A stretch of DNA of 60,449 nucleotides, the filler included, from Globobulimina sp. (lineage: Eukaryota): assembly GCA_003354225.1 (NCBI GenBank). It is 12 parts of 12 records of this genome, joined end to end, with 100 filler letters (N's around TTAATTAATTAA, not from the genome) between each part and the next. Parts side by side here need not be neighbours in the genome. Positions count along the whole stretch, not along the records: positions 55,509 to 60,449 come from PIVH01000830.1; 11 more parts are not named here. One strand, written 5' to 3'. This document shows positions 59,330-60,449 of the stretch, piece by piece. The position numbers and the translations under genes are program-made. Every line of letters begins with the position of its first letter. The stretch's first letter is position 1. The notes below the pieces were generated by a model that saw only the letters and a program-made list of their open reading frames with translations, was not told the origin of the DNA and did not search any database.

Positions 59330-59569
59330 ATAACAAGTGAATGACAACCTGACTGTTTATCTATTTTAAAAGTGAATGAATTTTAGAATTTATATAATTT
59401 AATTATATGTGGTTGTTTTTTTTGTGAAACATCTACTGTATGCATTTTACTATTAGTTTTTAATAGTTTTCTAAGCAACCGGTGAGTAGTGAGCCAACAT
59501 TTATTACCTGCTGAAGGTTTTTCAATTATTCAAAATATATAATATTGCTGCCAAAGTGCCATACAGAAA

Positions 59570-60449
59570 ATGAGCAAAACTCTTCCTATTGTCGCTGCAA
59601 TTCTTCTATTACTTTTCTCATTGTCAAGTTTATTGATGTTGGACAAAATAATTGATGTTATTGATGTTGGTGATAGAATGAATGATTATTATTTAACATC
59701 AATGGAAAAACAGCAATATAATACATTTGCTTCATTGGCAGTCGCAACACGTGTACATTTCCAACAAAATGGCAAAATGAATGATGTAATTTACAAACGT
59801 TTTATAAACAAAATGACATTGTTCTGCAAACAGGTTGCTAAATATTCTAATTTATTATTAATCGCAATTGATGGAAAGCATGAAAGTAAAATAAAACAAA
59901 TGTTTGCATCCGTAATTAACAAATATAACTCTTTGAAATACACACAGTTTAAAATAGAATATATTATCATATCGCCATGGATTGGATATAGCACTGCATT
60001 GAATGCAATAATTCGATATATTTCAATCAATTACAAACAAATAAAATATGTATCACTCCAATCGTTGGAAATCACTAAATTATCACCCAACATTATTAAT
60101 ATTTTAATGAATCAATATATGGACAATCATACATTAGTGGTAGGACCAAAGATAGCTGACACGCAAATTGGTGATATTACAAATGACAATGTAGACAAAA
60201 TATTAATGAACATCACAGGTTCGAATATACCTTGGAATACTTTAAATATTTGGAATTTAAATAAATTAAAATTATTTGGATTCTCATTAGTATCTGATGG
60301 AATATCGCAGGATATAAAAGGAGGCATAGAAGAGGTTGTTACAATCAGTTTAATTCAATATATAAATGGAGTGAAAACAAATAAATGTAAATTAATTATT
60401 TTCAAAAGTGATGCAAATCATCTTATAAACTGGGACACACAATATATTT
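59570..60449 (+). CDS. Type II membrane/secreted protein of unknown function, 3'-partial (not in the ORF track)
   Basis: Uninterrupted frame from the ATG at 59570 to the window end: MSKTLPIVAAILLLLFSL..., AVATRVH, LLIAID, SPWIGYSTALNA, SLQSLEI, TLVVGP, PWNTLNIW, GF..VSDG, GGIEEV. The layout suggests a GT-A-like glycosyltransferase (inference). Confidence 0.75.
   Translation, partial: MSKTLPIVAAILLLLFSLSSLLMLDKIIDVIDVGDRMNDYYLTSMEKQQYNTFASLAVATRVHFQQNGKMNDVIYKRFINKMTLFCKQVAKYSNLLLIAIDGKHESKIKQMFASVINKYNSLKYTQFKIEYIIISPWIGYSTALNAIIRYISINYKQIKYVSLQSLEITKLSPNIINILMNQYMDNHTLVVGPKIADTQIGDITNDNVDKILMNITGSNIPWNTLNIWNLNKLKLFGFSLVSDGISQDIKGGIEEVVTISLIQYINGVKTNKCKLIIFKSDANHLINWDTQYI

Noticed and set aside
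716..60327. Many 60-150-aa ORFs antisense to or nested in the called genes or within repeats (e.g. 1890-2315, 17242-17733, 55868-56320)
   Set aside because: These are shadow or low-complexity frames with no motifs; the opposite strand or a repeat explains the sequence.

Overview
This window is not one locus. It is 12 unrelated contigs of about 4.94-4.95 kb, ordered by decreasing length and joined by artificial 100-nt spacers (44 N + TTAATTAATTAA + 44 N), so no inference should cross a spacer. Contigs: C1 1-4952, C2 5053-10002, C3 10103-15052, C4 15153-20100, C5 20201-25146, C6 25247-30191, C7 30292-35236, C8 35337-40281, C9 40382-45325, C10 45426-50367, C11 50468-55408, C12 55509-60449. Most are AT-rich, gene-dense eukaryotic DNA in the standard code with short GT-AG introns (mostly 50-100 nt). 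The style suggests a protist such as a foraminiferan/rhizarian, which is inference only. Cellular genes: prolyl oligopeptidase, sterol reductase (DHCR7-like), two CAP-Gly proteins, a zinc-finger PARP-like ADP-ribosyltransferase, a C2/TM protein, a Kv channel, SAM-RING, several 7TM proteins, a GABA-B-like class C GPCR, an Orai-like 4TM protein, a P450 and a TPR protein. Mobile DNA: an APE-RT LINE (C2), two head-to-tail CRE-like RLE retrotransposons (C4), a non-coding repeat mosaic (C6) and a Polinton/Maverick (adintovirus-like) fragment (C7). Best leads: (i) the Polinton-like fragment with a compact DD29E integrase, a penton, a probably spliced divergent ORF and a deoxynucleoside kinase; (ii) an EF-hand + PDZ-like + Kv channel fusion; (iii) a CAP-Gly + about 7 RPEL + coiled-coil protein; (iv) a ubiquitin-reader/H-Y-Q ART; (v) the tandem divergent CRE-like elements. 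All family calls come from reading motifs by eye; no database search was run.
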